64,000 bases of DNA, taken from the NCBI GenBank assembly GCA_963747265.1, contig CAVVEH010000003.1:285377-349376 (forward strand), read 5' to 3'. The first letter of the stretch is position 1. Each line of letters opens with the position of its first letter. The stretch comes from an uncultured beta proteobacterium. GTDB lineage: Bacteria > Pseudomonadota > Gammaproteobacteria > Burkholderiales > Casimicrobiaceae. The position numbers were made by a program, and so were the translations under genes. A model generated the notes under the pieces. The model was given only the letters and a program-made list of their open reading frames with translations. It did no database searches and was not told where the DNA came from. Shown in pieces: positions 37,472 to 47,176 of the stretch.

Positions 37472-38425
37472 GTGACCATGGGGGATCCAAAGAACGGGGA
37501 AACCCGCGGTCCGATTCTCATCACCGGATCAGCGGGTCTCATTGGGTCGGCGATGCGCGCATCATTGGCGGCCTCGGGCCACAGGACGGTTGGCCTGGAC
37601 CTCAAAGGATCCGGGTCGGAACGGGGCGATGTCCGCGACGCGGACCAGTGTCGAGCGGCGGTCCGCGGATGTCGCGGCATTGTTCACTTGGCCGCCGTGT
37701 CGCGCGTTGTGTCTGGCGAGCGTGATCCGGCCATGTGCTGGGAAATCAACGTCAACGGATTGGCGACGATGCTCGGCGCCGCCGGCGAGCATGATGTGCC
37801 GCCCTGGTTTGTCTTTGCAAGCAGTCGCGAGGTCTATGGTCAGCTGGCAACCCTGCCCGCCACCGAGAATTCGCCCCTTCAGCCCGTCAACGTGTATGGA
37901 CGCTCCAAAGTTGCGGGCGAGTCTCTCGTGGGCAAAGCTGGAGCCGCGGGCCTGCGCACCGCCACAATCAGATTTTCGAATGTGTATGGGCGCATCGACG
38001 ATCATTCGGATCGCGTCGTCCCGGCGTTTGCCCGGGCCGCGGCGTTTGGCGGTGACATGCGAGTGGACGGTGCCGGAACTACGTTCGATTTCACTCATGT
38101 CGATGACATAATATTGGGCATTCAGAAGATCATCGACATCCTCGATTTGGGCGACTCGCCGCCATTGCCGCCCATTCACCTGGTCACAGGGCAACCAACG
38201 ACACTCGGTCAGCTCGCCGTCCTGGCAAACCGGCTTGGGAGCGGACAGTCGTCAATCACCGAAGGTCCGCCTAGAACGTATGATGTTTCGCATTTCGTGG
38301 GATCGGGCATGCGGGCGAGGGAATTGCTCGGATGGACGCCGCGGATCACTTTGACCCGCGGCATCCAAGGGTTGATCGACGACTTTCGGACCGGCAGTAG
38401 CCGCTCGATGGCGAGTAAGATGTGA
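37472..38425 (+). CDS. NAD-dependent epimerase/dehydratase (extended SDR)
   Basis: ITGSAGLIG, HLAA, ASSREVYG, YGRSK. Confidence 0.88.
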   Translation: MTMGDPKNGETRGPILITGSAGLIGSAMRASLAASGHRTVGLDLKGSGSERGDVRDADQCRAAVRGCRGIVHLAAVSRVVSGERDPAMCWEINVNGLATMLGAAGEHDVPPWFVFASSREVYGQLATLPATENSPLQPVNVYGRSKVAGESLVGKAGAAGLRTATIRFSNVYGRIDDHSDRVVPAFARAAAFGGDMRVDGAGTTFDFTHVDDIILGIQKIIDILDLGDSPPLPPIHLVTGQPTTLGQLAVLANRLGSGQSSITEGPPRTYDVSHFVGSGMRARELLGWTPRITLTRGIQGLIDDFRTGSSRSMASKM

Positions 38426-39405
38426 CCTTGCCCAGAGCCGCCATGCCAGAATCTGTCGAATCGATGCCGGCGGACCCGCTGGTGACGGTAATCATCCAGA
38501 CCTACAACCGAAGCAACATTCTCGGCTACGTCATTCGCTCGGTCCTGGCGCAAACCCGTTCCGAGTGGGAATTGCTGGTCATCGGCGACGGATGCACGGA
38601 TGACACGGCCGACGTGGTCGCATCGTTCCCCGACCCCCGCATTCGCTTCGTCAATCTCAAGTCGCGCGTCGGCGACCAGTCGGGGCCGACGAACGAAGGC
38701 ATCCGGCTGGCGCGGGGCCGCTACATTGCGCTCCTTAACCATGACGACTTCTGGTTCCCCGATCACCTGGCGCGCGCTGTTGCCGCAATCGAGAGCACCG
38801 GTGCCGATCTGGTCTTCACGCTCCAGCTGGAAGCCGATCCTGATGGCCGATGGCGCGTGAATGGCGTTTTTCCCGATGGCCGTTTCGATCCGGTCACGCA
38901 TCCCAACGCGAGCACGTGGCTGTTTCGCCGTGAGCTGGCGCAAAGAGTCGGCGCGCTCAAAAGGCGGGACGCCGTGTGGAGTTTTCCGACGCGCGAATGG
39001 CTATGGCGAGCGCATCGGTCGCGCGCGCGGTTAGCCTCGGTTGACGCGATCACGGTCATTGTCATTTCGAGTACGACGCGGCGCAACACCTACTCGGAGC
39101 GGCAGTGGACTGAGCATGCGTCGGTGCATGCCGCGATGACCGGCAACCCCCGCTTCCGGGAAGAATGTCTGATCCAGGCGTGGACACACCCAAAGCCGAC
39201 GCATCTGCGCGGCTACCCTATGGGCTCGCTCTTGCGTGAAGCAGTCTTGCGCCTCCAAGGGCGAATTGTCGAGCTCTTCGGGGGAGATCCCGTGAGCCTC
39301 TATTGCTACTATCGGTTCCCCCAGAAATGGGGCTTCGTGCCGAAGCGCGGGGCGATCATTGCCGAACTGTATCGGCGCCGGGGACTGCCGAACGAGGATG
39401 CATGA
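38422..39405 (+). CDS. Glycosyltransferase family 2
   Basis: VIIQTYNR, IGDGCTDDT, LNHDD. Confidence 0.85.
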   Translation: MTLPRAAMPESVESMPADPLVTVIIQTYNRSNILGYVIRSVLAQTRSEWELLVIGDGCTDDTADVVASFPDPRIRFVNLKSRVGDQSGPTNEGIRLARGRYIALLNHDDFWFPDHLARAVAAIESTGADLVFTLQLEADPDGRWRVNGVFPDGRFDPVTHPNASTWLFRRELAQRVGALKRRDAVWSFPTREWLWRAHRSRARLASVDAITVIVISSTTRRNTYSERQWTEHASVHAAMTGNPRFREECLIQAWTHPKPTHLRGYPMGSLLREAVLRLQGRIVELFGGDPVSLYCYYRFPQKWGFVPKRGAIIAELYRRRGLPNEDA

Positions 39406-40007
39406 TGAATACTCGAGACAGGGCGCAAGGCAAGGAAGAACTCACGCCGGACCAGGGAGGGCTCCCGGGCGCAGCGCGGGACCGCCAAAGTGTCACGCGC
39501 GACTGGCAGTCGCAGGTGGATCTGATTGATGGCGTTCTGGTCAAGGAAGTTCGCAATGTGGTGAAGGATAATGGGTACCTCACCGAATTATGGCGCGACG
39601 ACTGGTCGCCGTCGGGAGGGCATGTCGCGCAGGTATTTCAGGCGCTGATCGAGGCAGGCGGCATTTCCGCGTGGCACGTACACCAATACGCCACCGACCG
39701 CCTGTTCGCCAACCATGGCCTGGTCAAGATCGTGTTGTACGACGCGCGCGCAGGTTCGCGCACGCACGGCCGCGTCAACGTCTTTCGGTGCGGCACAACG
39801 CGCCCGGTCCTTGTCGTCGTGCCTCCGGGCATCTGGCATGGTGTACAGAACTTGGGGTCGGGACCCGCGCTGCTGATGAACATGCCGGATCGCGCGTACC
39901 AGTACGAGTTTCCGGACCATTGGCGCCTCGCGCAAGACACGGGCGAGATTCCCTATTCCTTTACCGCTGAGGCGAAGCCTAACAGCGACGATCCGGGGCG
40001 TATTTGA
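39402..40007 (+). CDS. RmlC-like cupin (dTDP-4-dehydrorhamnose 3,5-epimerase family)
   Basis: IDGVLVKE, AWHVHQ, VLYDAR, VVPPGIWHG. Confidence 0.8.
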   Translation: MMNTRDRAQGKEELTPDQGGLPGAARDRQSVTRDWQSQVDLIDGVLVKEVRNVVKDNGYLTELWRDDWSPSGGHVAQVFQALIEAGGISAWHVHQYATDRLFANHGLVKIVLYDARAGSRTHGRVNVFRCGTTRPVLVVVPPGIWHGVQNLGSGPALLMNMPDRAYQYEFPDHWRLAQDTGEIPYSFTAEAKPNSDDPGRI

Positions 40008-40944
40008 CGTATGCGTGCGCCGCTATCCAGGAGCGGACACTCCGGGGCACGAGCCAGACGATGGTGTGGGCCAGCAGGCTGATCGCCGATGGCCGGCCTC
40101 TCCGGAATGCCTCCCAGGGAAGCAGCCAGAACGGGCTTAAGTCCCGGCCCCCGTCGCGACGCGCTTCGCGACTGACGCGATTCAGGATGAATGCGGCACG
40201 AGCCCGGGGCGTGAGGAAGCTAGCCTGGGTATTGGCCCAATCAAGCGAGGCGCGCCAACTGTAGCTAGTGCTGATTCGCGCGCGTGTCTCTTCGCAGTGC
40301 CAGATGGCGAGAGGTTCACGCGATGCGACGAATTCCACGCCGACGCCCTCGCACGCAACGGCGCGGAGCAGCCAGTCGCTTCCCTCATACGGCGCCCGGT
40401 GGAACCGGAAGCCGATGTCGCGGAAGAGGTCTTTGGGTGCGAGGATAGTCGACGGCAAGATGAGCCCTTCGCCGCCGAACAGCCGGGTCTTGCAGAACAG
40501 GTATTCGCTGAGCGCCTCGCCCTCGGCTGGGTAGCGGAGGGGCCGCACCGCGTCGCCATGCTGGGTCCGGGCGATGACGCGGCACGTGACGATCGGCGAT
40601 CGATGCCGCGAACGCCGAGCCGTGTCGAGTTGAATTTCGAGCTTTCCCGGCAGCCATTCGTCGTCGTCGTCGAGCAGCGCAATCCACTGGCCCCGCGCGG
40701 CAGCCACACCGGCATGGCGCGCCCCGCCGAGTCCCACGTTCTCGCGCAGTGGAAGAATCCGGAGCCTGGTGTCCTGGATAGATCGGAGGGCTCCGAGCGT
40801 TGCCTGGTCGGGCCCGTCGACCACGACGATGACTTCGATTTCCCGCAGGCTCTGACGAAGCGCGCTATCCACCGCCACCGTCACGAGTTGAGGTCGATTG
40901 ATGGTGGGGATCACCACCGAAATGAGAGGTTCGGACGAACGCAC
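39979..40944 (-). CDS. Glycosyltransferase family 2
   Basis: ISVVIPT.NRP, IVVVDG, IALLDDDDEW. Confidence 0.87.
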   Translation of the reverse strand: MRSSEPLISVVIPTINRPQLVTVAVDSALRQSLREIEVIVVVDGPDQATLGALRSIQDTRLRILPLRENVGLGGARHAGVAAARGQWIALLDDDDEWLPGKLEIQLDTARRSRHRSPIVTCRVIARTQHGDAVRPLRYPAEGEALSEYLFCKTRLFGGEGLILPSTILAPKDLFRDIGFRFHRAPYEGSDWLLRAVACEGVGVEFVASREPLAIWHCEETRARISTSYSWRASLDWANTQASFLTPRARAAFILNRVSREARRDGGRDLSPFWLLPWEAFRRGRPSAISLLAHTIVWLVPRSVRSWIAAHAYVKYAPDRRC

Positions 40945-40959
40945 GCGTGCAACACCAGG

Positions 40960-40976
40960 GGCAGGCCGGCCGCTAG
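40960..40976 (+). repeat. Direct repeat copy 2 (relic of folD 3' end)
   Basis: GGCAGGCCGGCCGCTAG; reads QAGR-stop like the end of folD. Confidence 0.6.
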
Positions 40977-42337
40977 GCTTCCCGCAGGTGCCAGGCCTTG
41001 GGCCGCGTGAAAGTCTGGATGCCGTACGTCGACAGCGTCAGGCCCATCCCCGAGTGCTTGACGCCTGACCACGGCAGCCGCGGACTGACGCGGTCGCAGC
41101 AGTTCCAGTAGACGCTGCCCGCACTCACCTTGGACAGGATCTTCTTCGCGCGTCTTTCGTCCGCCGAGTAGACGCCGGCCGTCAACCCGTACTCGGTGTC
41201 GTTCATGAGGTCGACGGCGGCCTCGTCGTCGGCGACGGCCTGCAGCCCGATGATCGGCCCGAAGGATTCGTCGCGCATCACGAGCATCGAATGGTCGACG
41301 TCGGCAAGCACGGTCGGCGCATACCAGTTGCCCTTGCCCTTGAGCGGGTGGCCGCCCAGCAGAAGCTTGGCGCCTTTCTTCTTCGCGTCGGCGACCTGTG
41401 ACTTGAGCACCGCGAGCTGCGGCTTGCGCGTGACCGCCCCGACGTAGGTGGTTTCGTCCATCGGATCGCCGATCTTGAAACGCTTCACTTCGGCCACGAA
41501 CGCGGCGACGAACGCGTCGTAGATCTTCTCGTGGACGTAGATGCGCTCGACCGAGCAGCACGACTGGCCGGTGTTGTAGAACGCGCCATCGGCCACCCCT
41601 GCGGCAGCGGCCTTGACGTCCACGTCGTCGCAGACGTAGATCGGGTCCTTGCCGCCCAATTCGAGCTGCGTCTTGATCATCCGGCGGCCCGTGCTGGCCG
41701 CGATCTTGGCGCCTGTGCCGTACGACCCGGTGAAGAACACGCCGTCGACCGGCTGCCGCAGCAGCGCCGCGCCCGTCGCGCCGTCGCCGATGACGGCGAT
41801 GAACACGTTGCGCGGCACGCCGGCCTCGTGCAGAAGGGCCGCGATGTGCTGGCCGGTGAGCGTTGCGAATTCGGACGGTTTGTAGAGAACGGCGTTGCCC
41901 GCTGCCAGCGCGGGGACGAACACGTTGCCGCCGACAAAATACGGATAATTCCACGCGGAGATGTTGGCGATGACGCCGAGCGGCACATGGGCGATGCGTT
42001 CCTCGAGCTTGGCGTCGGCGAACACCTTTTCGTCGCGCAGGGCCTTTTCCGTCTCCGCGAGAAAGAAGTCGATGCGTCCGGTAAGTCCATTGAGCTCGTT
42101 GCGCGACTGCCGGATCGGCTTGCCGACCTCGGCCGTAAGCGTCCGGGCGAGCATGTCCTGTCGCTCGATCAGCAGTTCGCGGAATTTGCGAAGGATGGCG
42201 AGGCGCTTCTTGATCGGCACCGCGGCCCATTTCTTCTGCGCGTCGCGCGCGAGCTCGTACTTGGCGCGCACCGTCTTCAGATTGTCGGCGGCGACTTCGG
42301 CGATGACGAGCCCGGTGGCGGGATTGGTGATCTTCAT
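40973..42337 (-). CDS. Aldehyde dehydrogenase
   Basis: SAWNYP, KPSE, FTGS, LELGGKDP, NTGQSCC, ESFGP. Confidence 0.92.
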   Translation of the reverse strand: MKITNPATGLVIAEVAADNLKTVRAKYELARDAQKKWAAVPIKKRLAILRKFRELLIERQDMLARTLTAEVGKPIRQSRNELNGLTGRIDFFLAETEKALRDEKVFADAKLEERIAHVPLGVIANISAWNYPYFVGGNVFVPALAAGNAVLYKPSEFATLTGQHIAALLHEAGVPRNVFIAVIGDGATGAALLRQPVDGVFFTGSYGTGAKIAASTGRRMIKTQLELGGKDPIYVCDDVDVKAAAAGVADGAFYNTGQSCCSVERIYVHEKIYDAFVAAFVAEVKRFKIGDPMDETTYVGAVTRKPQLAVLKSQVADAKKKGAKLLLGGHPLKGKGNWYAPTVLADVDHSMLVMRDESFGPIIGLQAVADDEAAVDLMNDTEYGLTAGVYSADERRAKKILSKVSAGSVYWNCCDRVSPRLPWSGVKHSGMGLTLSTYGIQTFTRPKAWHLREA

Positions 42338-42346
42338 GGGCGGGGC

Positions 42347-43135
42347 CTAGAGTGCGTACGCCGCGGATTTGTGCTGCGATGCCGTGGCGAGGAAATCGTC
42401 GAGAAGCGGCGTGTCGTCGATGAACGTCGTGTCGCCGGGCGGATGAAATTCGGGGTGCCATTGCACGCCGAACAGGTAGGACGGGCCGCTCCAGCGAATG
42501 GCCTCGACGATGCGGTCGGGCTCGGACCAGGCTTCGACAACGAGACCCTGTCCTAATTCCTTGACGCCCTGGTGATGCACGGAATTGGTCTTCATGAGCG
42601 TCGCCTTGGGGTAGAGGAGCGCCAATCCTGTGCCCGGAACGATCGACGTCGCATGGCAATTCTTGTCATAGATCGACTGCATCCGGTGCCGCAGCGCGTC
42701 CGGACGTTGCGTGGGAATGTCCTGGTACAGGGACCCGCCCATCGCGACGTTGATCACCTGCGTCCCGCGGCACAGCCCGAGAACGGGCTTGCCCAGCGCC
42801 ACGAATGCGCGCAGCAGCGCGATTTCGTAGACGTCGCGGATGCGATCGCCGTTCCATGCAGGATTGAGCGCCTTTTCGCCGTACGTTTCCGGGCATACAT
42901 CCGACCCGCCCATCAGGACCAGCGCATCGAGCTCGCGCGCGTAGTCGTCCACGGTGACGCCGCTGCCCGGCCGCCGCGTCGACCCGTCGGGCGAGGGCAC
43001 CATGAACGCGAGGACGTCGCGCTGCATGAGCCAATGCGCGACGTTTTGCTCGATGTACTGCAGCGTCATGCCCTGGAACAGCGTCCGCGGCTGGTCGCCG
43101 TGCAGGAACGACGCGGAAATGCCGATCTTGAGCAT
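42347..43135 (-). CDS. Gamma-glutamyl-gamma-aminobutyrate hydrolase family (PuuD-like, peptidase C26)
   Basis: LGLCRGTQ, NSVHHQ, GVQWHPE class I amidotransferase triad. Confidence 0.9.
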   Translation of the reverse strand: MLKIGISASFLHGDQPRTLFQGMTLQYIEQNVAHWLMQRDVLAFMVPSPDGSTRRPGSGVTVDDYARELDALVLMGGSDVCPETYGEKALNPAWNGDRIRDVYEIALLRAFVALGKPVLGLCRGTQVINVAMGGSLYQDIPTQRPDALRHRMQSIYDKNCHATSIVPGTGLALLYPKATLMKTNSVHHQGVKELGQGLVVEAWSEPDRIVEAIRWSGPSYLFGVQWHPEFHPPGDTTFIDDTPLLDDFLATASQHKSAAYAL

Positions 43136-43152
43136 AGCTAAACTGGGGCGCG

Positions 43153-44322
43153 CTAGATCGCCGCGACGAACAGCGTCTCGAAATCCGCCGCCGTGCACTT
43201 GCGCGGATTGGTCTGGTGGCAGATGTCGGCGGTGGCGATCTCGACGAGCCGCGGAATGTCCGCTTTCGTCACCGGCCGCGCGCCGCGATAGTCCGACACT
43301 TTCGCGGGAATCGCCAGGCCGGCCTTGAGCGTGGTCAGCCAGGCGATGAAGGCGATGGCGCGCGCCTCCGTGGTCCCGTCCTCGGCGCCGGGCACGCCGG
43401 CGGCATGGGCAAGCTCGGCCAGCTTCGCCGTCGCTGCCGGCAGGTTGAATCGCATCACGTGGTCGATCATGATGCCGTTGGCCAGGCCGTGGTGAAGGTC
43501 GGCCACCGTCGACAGCGCATGCGCGCACGAATGCACGGCGCCCAGGTCCTTCTGGAACGCGACCGCGCCCATCAGAGAACTCATCAGCATGTCGGAGCGC
43601 GCCTCGAGGTCGCGGCCATTCTTCACGGCGCGCGGCAACGCCCGCGCTGCGATGCGCACGCCTTCGAGCGCGATGCCGTCGCACATCGGGTGGTAGGCCG
43701 ACGAAAGATACGACTCGACGTTGTGCGTCAGCGCATCCATGCCGGTGGCCGCGGTGATCGATGGCGGCAGGTCGAGTGTCAGTTCCGGATCGGCGAAAAC
43801 CGCCTTGGCCAGCAGCGCCGGCGAAAAGATGATCTTCTTAACGTGCGTGCGATCGTCGGAGACGACGGCCGAGCGCCCAACCTCCGAGCCGGTGCCCGCG
43901 GTCGTCGGCAGCGCCACGAACCACGGAATGGGCTGTGTGATCGCGCGCACCTGCGGATGGTCCCACGCGTATTCGAGGATGTCGCCGTCGTGGTGCGCGA
44001 GGAGGGCTATGGCCTTCGCGACGTCGAGCGCCGCGCCGCCGCCCACGCCGATGATGGCGTCCGCACGGTGTGCCTTGTATGCCACCGCACCGGCGGTGAC
44101 CTGGCTGCGTACGGGATTGCCGAAGATCTCGGAGAAGACCGCCACGTCGAGCCCCGGAAGGTCGGCGATCAGCGCGGGGACGAGCGGCAATGCCGCGATG
44201 CCGCGATCGGTCACCAGCAGCGGCCGTTTGATTCCCTGCGCCTTCAGATGTTCGGCAACGAGCCTGCGCGCGCCGGGACCGAAATGGATGGTGGTCGGAA
44301 AGCTGAAACGTTCGATGCTCAT
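43153..44322 (-). CDS. Iron-containing alcohol dehydrogenase
   Basis: GGGAALD, PTTAGTGSE, DALTH, HSCAH...HHG. Confidence 0.9.
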   Translation of the reverse strand: MSIERFSFPTTIHFGPGARRLVAEHLKAQGIKRPLLVTDRGIAALPLVPALIADLPGLDVAVFSEIFGNPVRSQVTAGAVAYKAHRADAIIGVGGGAALDVAKAIALLAHHDGDILEYAWDHPQVRAITQPIPWFVALPTTAGTGSEVGRSAVVSDDRTHVKKIIFSPALLAKAVFADPELTLDLPPSITAATGMDALTHNVESYLSSAYHPMCDGIALEGVRIAARALPRAVKNGRDLEARSDMLMSSLMGAVAFQKDLGAVHSCAHALSTVADLHHGLANGIMIDHVMRFNLPAATAKLAELAHAAGVPGAEDGTTEARAIAFIAWLTTLKAGLAIPAKVSDYRGARPVTKADIPRLVEIATADICHQTNPRKCTAADFETLFVAAI

Positions 44323-44329
44323 GGGCGTC

Positions 44330-44830
44330 TCAAAGGAAGAGGATCATGTGTTCTTTGTCGAAGTATTCGCCTTCCACCTGGATCGCGCGCGGCTCCAAGC
44401 CGAAGGTCCGGAAGCCGGTCGTGCGGTACAGCGCGATGGCCGCCGCATTCGTGCTCGTCACCGTCAACACGAGCTGCTCGAGGTCGATCGCATCGCGTGC
44501 GTGGTCGATCACGGCCCGCAACAGCGCGCGTCCGAACCCATGGCGCCTGGATTCCGGCGCGACGAACATGGCGACGACGTGGCCCTTGTGCCGGTTCTTC
44601 GCGCGCGCCTCGCGAGTCAAGCCGATCATGCCCTGCAAGTCGCCGTCCTGGAACGCGCCCCAAAACGCGTTGCCGCTGGCGTCCGCGAGCCTTTGTTCGA
44701 CGACCTCGACCGTCTGCAGCACATCCTCCTCGTAGCTCGACGTGAAGGCGTCCGGATGCGCCTTCAAACAGCGCAGGCGCAGCGCGCGAAACGCGGTGGC
44801 GTCAGCACTGTTCAGCCGCCGGACGTTCAT
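44330..44830 (-). CDS. GNAT family N-acetyltransferase
   Basis: MFVAPESRRHGFGRALL, NAAAIALYRTTGF. Confidence 0.88.
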   Translation of the reverse strand: MNVRRLNSADATAFRALRLRCLKAHPDAFTSSYEEDVLQTVEVVEQRLADASGNAFWGAFQDGDLQGMIGLTREARAKNRHKGHVVAMFVAPESRRHGFGRALLRAVIDHARDAIDLEQLVLTVTSTNAAAIALYRTTGFRTFGLEPRAIQVEGEYFDKEHMILFL

Positions 44831-44843
44831 CCCGGAGCCTTCG

Positions 44844-46217
44844 TCAAATGATCTCGAAATAGCGCTTCAATTCCCAGTCGGTCACGCCGTCCAGCCACTG
44901 CCGCCATTCCCAGTCGCGCGTCGCGGCGAAGTGGTCGACGAAGTCGTCGCCGAACATGTCGCGCGCGGTATCCGATTTCTGGAAAATCCGCGTCGTCTCG
45001 ATCAGCGTGCGCGGCGCGCGCGGAATGTGCTCGGCGCCCTGGTTGGTGCCGGTGATCGGCTTGGCGGTGAGTTTCATGCCCTTTTCGACGCCGTGAATGC
45101 CGGCCGCGATCACCGCCGCCATGGCCAGGTACGGATTCACGTCCGCGCCCGGGCAGCGCGTCTCGAGCCGCGTCGACTTGGGGCTTCCCGGGATCACGCG
45201 AAAGCTCGCCGTGCGATTGTCCACACCCCACGTCGGCTTCACCGGCGCCCAGAAGCCGTCGACCAGCCGCTTGTAGCTGTTGATCGTCGGCCAGAACATC
45301 GGCGCGAACTCCATCAGCACGGCGACCTGGCCCGCGAGATAGCTCTCGAACAGCTTGCTCATCCCGTGCTTGCCCTTGGGATCGTAGAAGCGGTTGGTCT
45401 TGCCGTCGGAGAGCGACTGGTGGATGTGGCCCGAGCAGCCCGGATAGTGCTGGTTCCACTTGGCCATGAAGCTCGGCATGATGTCGAAGTGCGACGCGAT
45501 TTCCTTGGCGCCCGTCTTGAACAGGATCGCGCGGTCCGCCTGCTCGAGCGCCTCCGAGAACAGGATCGCGGCCTCGTACACGCCCGGACCCGTTTCCGTG
45601 TGCAGCCCCTCGATGGGCACGCCGAACGCGCCCATCTCGTTGAAGAGCGCTTCGAAGAATGGCTGTGCCGCATTCGCGCGCAGCAGCGAGTACCCGAACA
45701 TGCCGGACGTGATGGGTTCCGGCCCCACGCCCTTCTTCTCCGCCCACGATTGCGGCGTCTCGGAGAAGTTGAACCACTCGAACTCGAACCCGCACATCGG
45801 CGTGAAGCCCAGCTTCTCGGCGCGCTTCAACACGCGCTTCAGCAATTGCCGTGGGCACAGCGGAAACGGCGCCTCCTTGCCATCCTTCTGCCACACGAAC
45901 TCGCCCAGGAAGAAGGGGACGTTGTCGTCCCACGGCACCTGCCGATGCGTGCCCAGGTCGAGGCGCGCCAGCACGTCCGGATAACCCTTGTGCCAGCCGG
46001 TGAGCTTCGTGTTGTCGTAGCACACGTCCTGCGAATCCCAGCCGAACACGACGTCGCAGAAGCCGAATCCGCCTTCGGCCGCGGAGACGAACTTGTCCTT
46101 GTGCATGTACTTGCCGCGCAGGATCCCGTCGATGTCCGAACAGGCGACCTTGACGCGGTTGCCGGGGGACTTGCGGACGGCTTCGATGACCTTGGCGGGT
46201 GTAACGTGCGTGGGCAT
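44844..46217 (-). CDS. Glutamine synthetase-like gamma-glutamyl-amine ligase
   Basis: DIDGILRGK, EFE, HTETGPG, GCSGHIHQS, NSYKR, WG.DNRT, RLETRCPGAD. Confidence 0.9.
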   Translation of the reverse strand: MPTHVTPAKVIEAVRKSPGNRVKVACSDIDGILRGKYMHKDKFVSAAEGGFGFCDVVFGWDSQDVCYDNTKLTGWHKGYPDVLARLDLGTHRQVPWDDNVPFFLGEFVWQKDGKEAPFPLCPRQLLKRVLKRAEKLGFTPMCGFEFEWFNFSETPQSWAEKKGVGPEPITSGMFGYSLLRANAAQPFFEALFNEMGAFGVPIEGLHTETGPGVYEAAILFSEALEQADRAILFKTGAKEIASHFDIMPSFMAKWNQHYPGCSGHIHQSLSDGKTNRFYDPKGKHGMSKLFESYLAGQVAVLMEFAPMFWPTINSYKRLVDGFWAPVKPTWGVDNRTASFRVIPGSPKSTRLETRCPGADVNPYLAMAAVIAAGIHGVEKGMKLTAKPITGTNQGAEHIPRAPRTLIETTRIFQKSDTARDMFGDDFVDHFAATRDWEWRQWLDGVTDWELKRYFEII

Positions 46218-46270
46218 TGGCTTGCTCCGGTTATCGTCGCCGATTCTAGCAGCCCGATGCGCAAAACCTC

Positions 46271-47134
46271 ATGAGCCCCACCGCATCCCTCGTCGCCCTC
46301 CATCTCGCCGTCGCCCTGTTCGGTTTCGCGGGGTTGTTCGGCAAATGGCTCGCCTGGGACCCGGTCGCCATCGTCTTCGGGCGAACAGTGGTCGCCGCCG
46401 CCGTGCTGGCGCTCGTCGTGCTGTCGAGGAGCGATCGCCGCCGCGACGGCCCGAGCTGGGCGTTGGCCGCCAACGGCGTGATCCTCGCCGTGCACTGGGT
46501 CGCCTTCTTCGCCGCGATCGACATCTCCACCGTTGCCATCGGGCTGCTGGGCTTCGCGAGCTTTCCGTTGTTCGTGATCGTCCTCGAGCGGCTGATGCTC
46601 GGACGCCGCTGGAAGGGGCCGGAAGCCATCACGGCGTTGCTGGTCGTCGCGGGCCTTGCGCTGCCCGTTCAGGCGTTCACGCTGGAGGACCACACGGTGC
46701 AGGGTTTGGTCTGGGGCGCGTTGTCGGGATTCACGTTTGCATTGCTGGCTGTGCGCAATCGTGCGTTGAGCGCCGCGCGTTCGCCGTTCGCGCTGGCACT
46801 GTGGCAGAACGCATTCGCGGCGCTTTGCCTGCTACCGGTCGCGTTTCGTCCCGGCGGCCCCGCGATCCCTGTGACCGCCGAAACGCTGGGCCTCATCGCG
46901 TTGCTGGGCGCAGTCTGCACGGCGCTCGCCCATACGCTGTTCATCGCGAGCCTGCCCCGGCTGTCGGCGCACACCGCGAGCGTGGTCACGGCGCTGGAAT
47001 CCGCCTACGGCATCGCGCTCGCGGCATTGTTGCTGGGCGAAATCCCGAATCTGCGCACATGCGCGGGCGCCGTGCTGCTCGTTGCCGCGGCGGCTGCCGC
47101 CTCGCGCCGGGCGGCGCGGGCGGCACCCTCGTGA
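46271..47134 (+). CDS. DMT/EamA family transporter
   Basis: About 10 TM segments; LAVHWVAFF, CTALAHTL. Confidence 0.85.
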   Translation: MSPTASLVALHLAVALFGFAGLFGKWLAWDPVAIVFGRTVVAAAVLALVVLSRSDRRRDGPSWALAANGVILAVHWVAFFAAIDISTVAIGLLGFASFPLFVIVLERLMLGRRWKGPEAITALLVVAGLALPVQAFTLEDHTVQGLVWGALSGFTFALLAVRNRALSAARSPFALALWQNAFAALCLLPVAFRPGGPAIPVTAETLGLIALLGAVCTALAHTLFIASLPRLSAHTASVVTALESAYGIALAALLLGEIPNLRTCAGAVLLVAAAAAASRRAARAAPS

Positions 47135-47176
47135 AGTCGATGGCGCCCCGTGGCGCGATTGGGTAGCATCGGCGGC

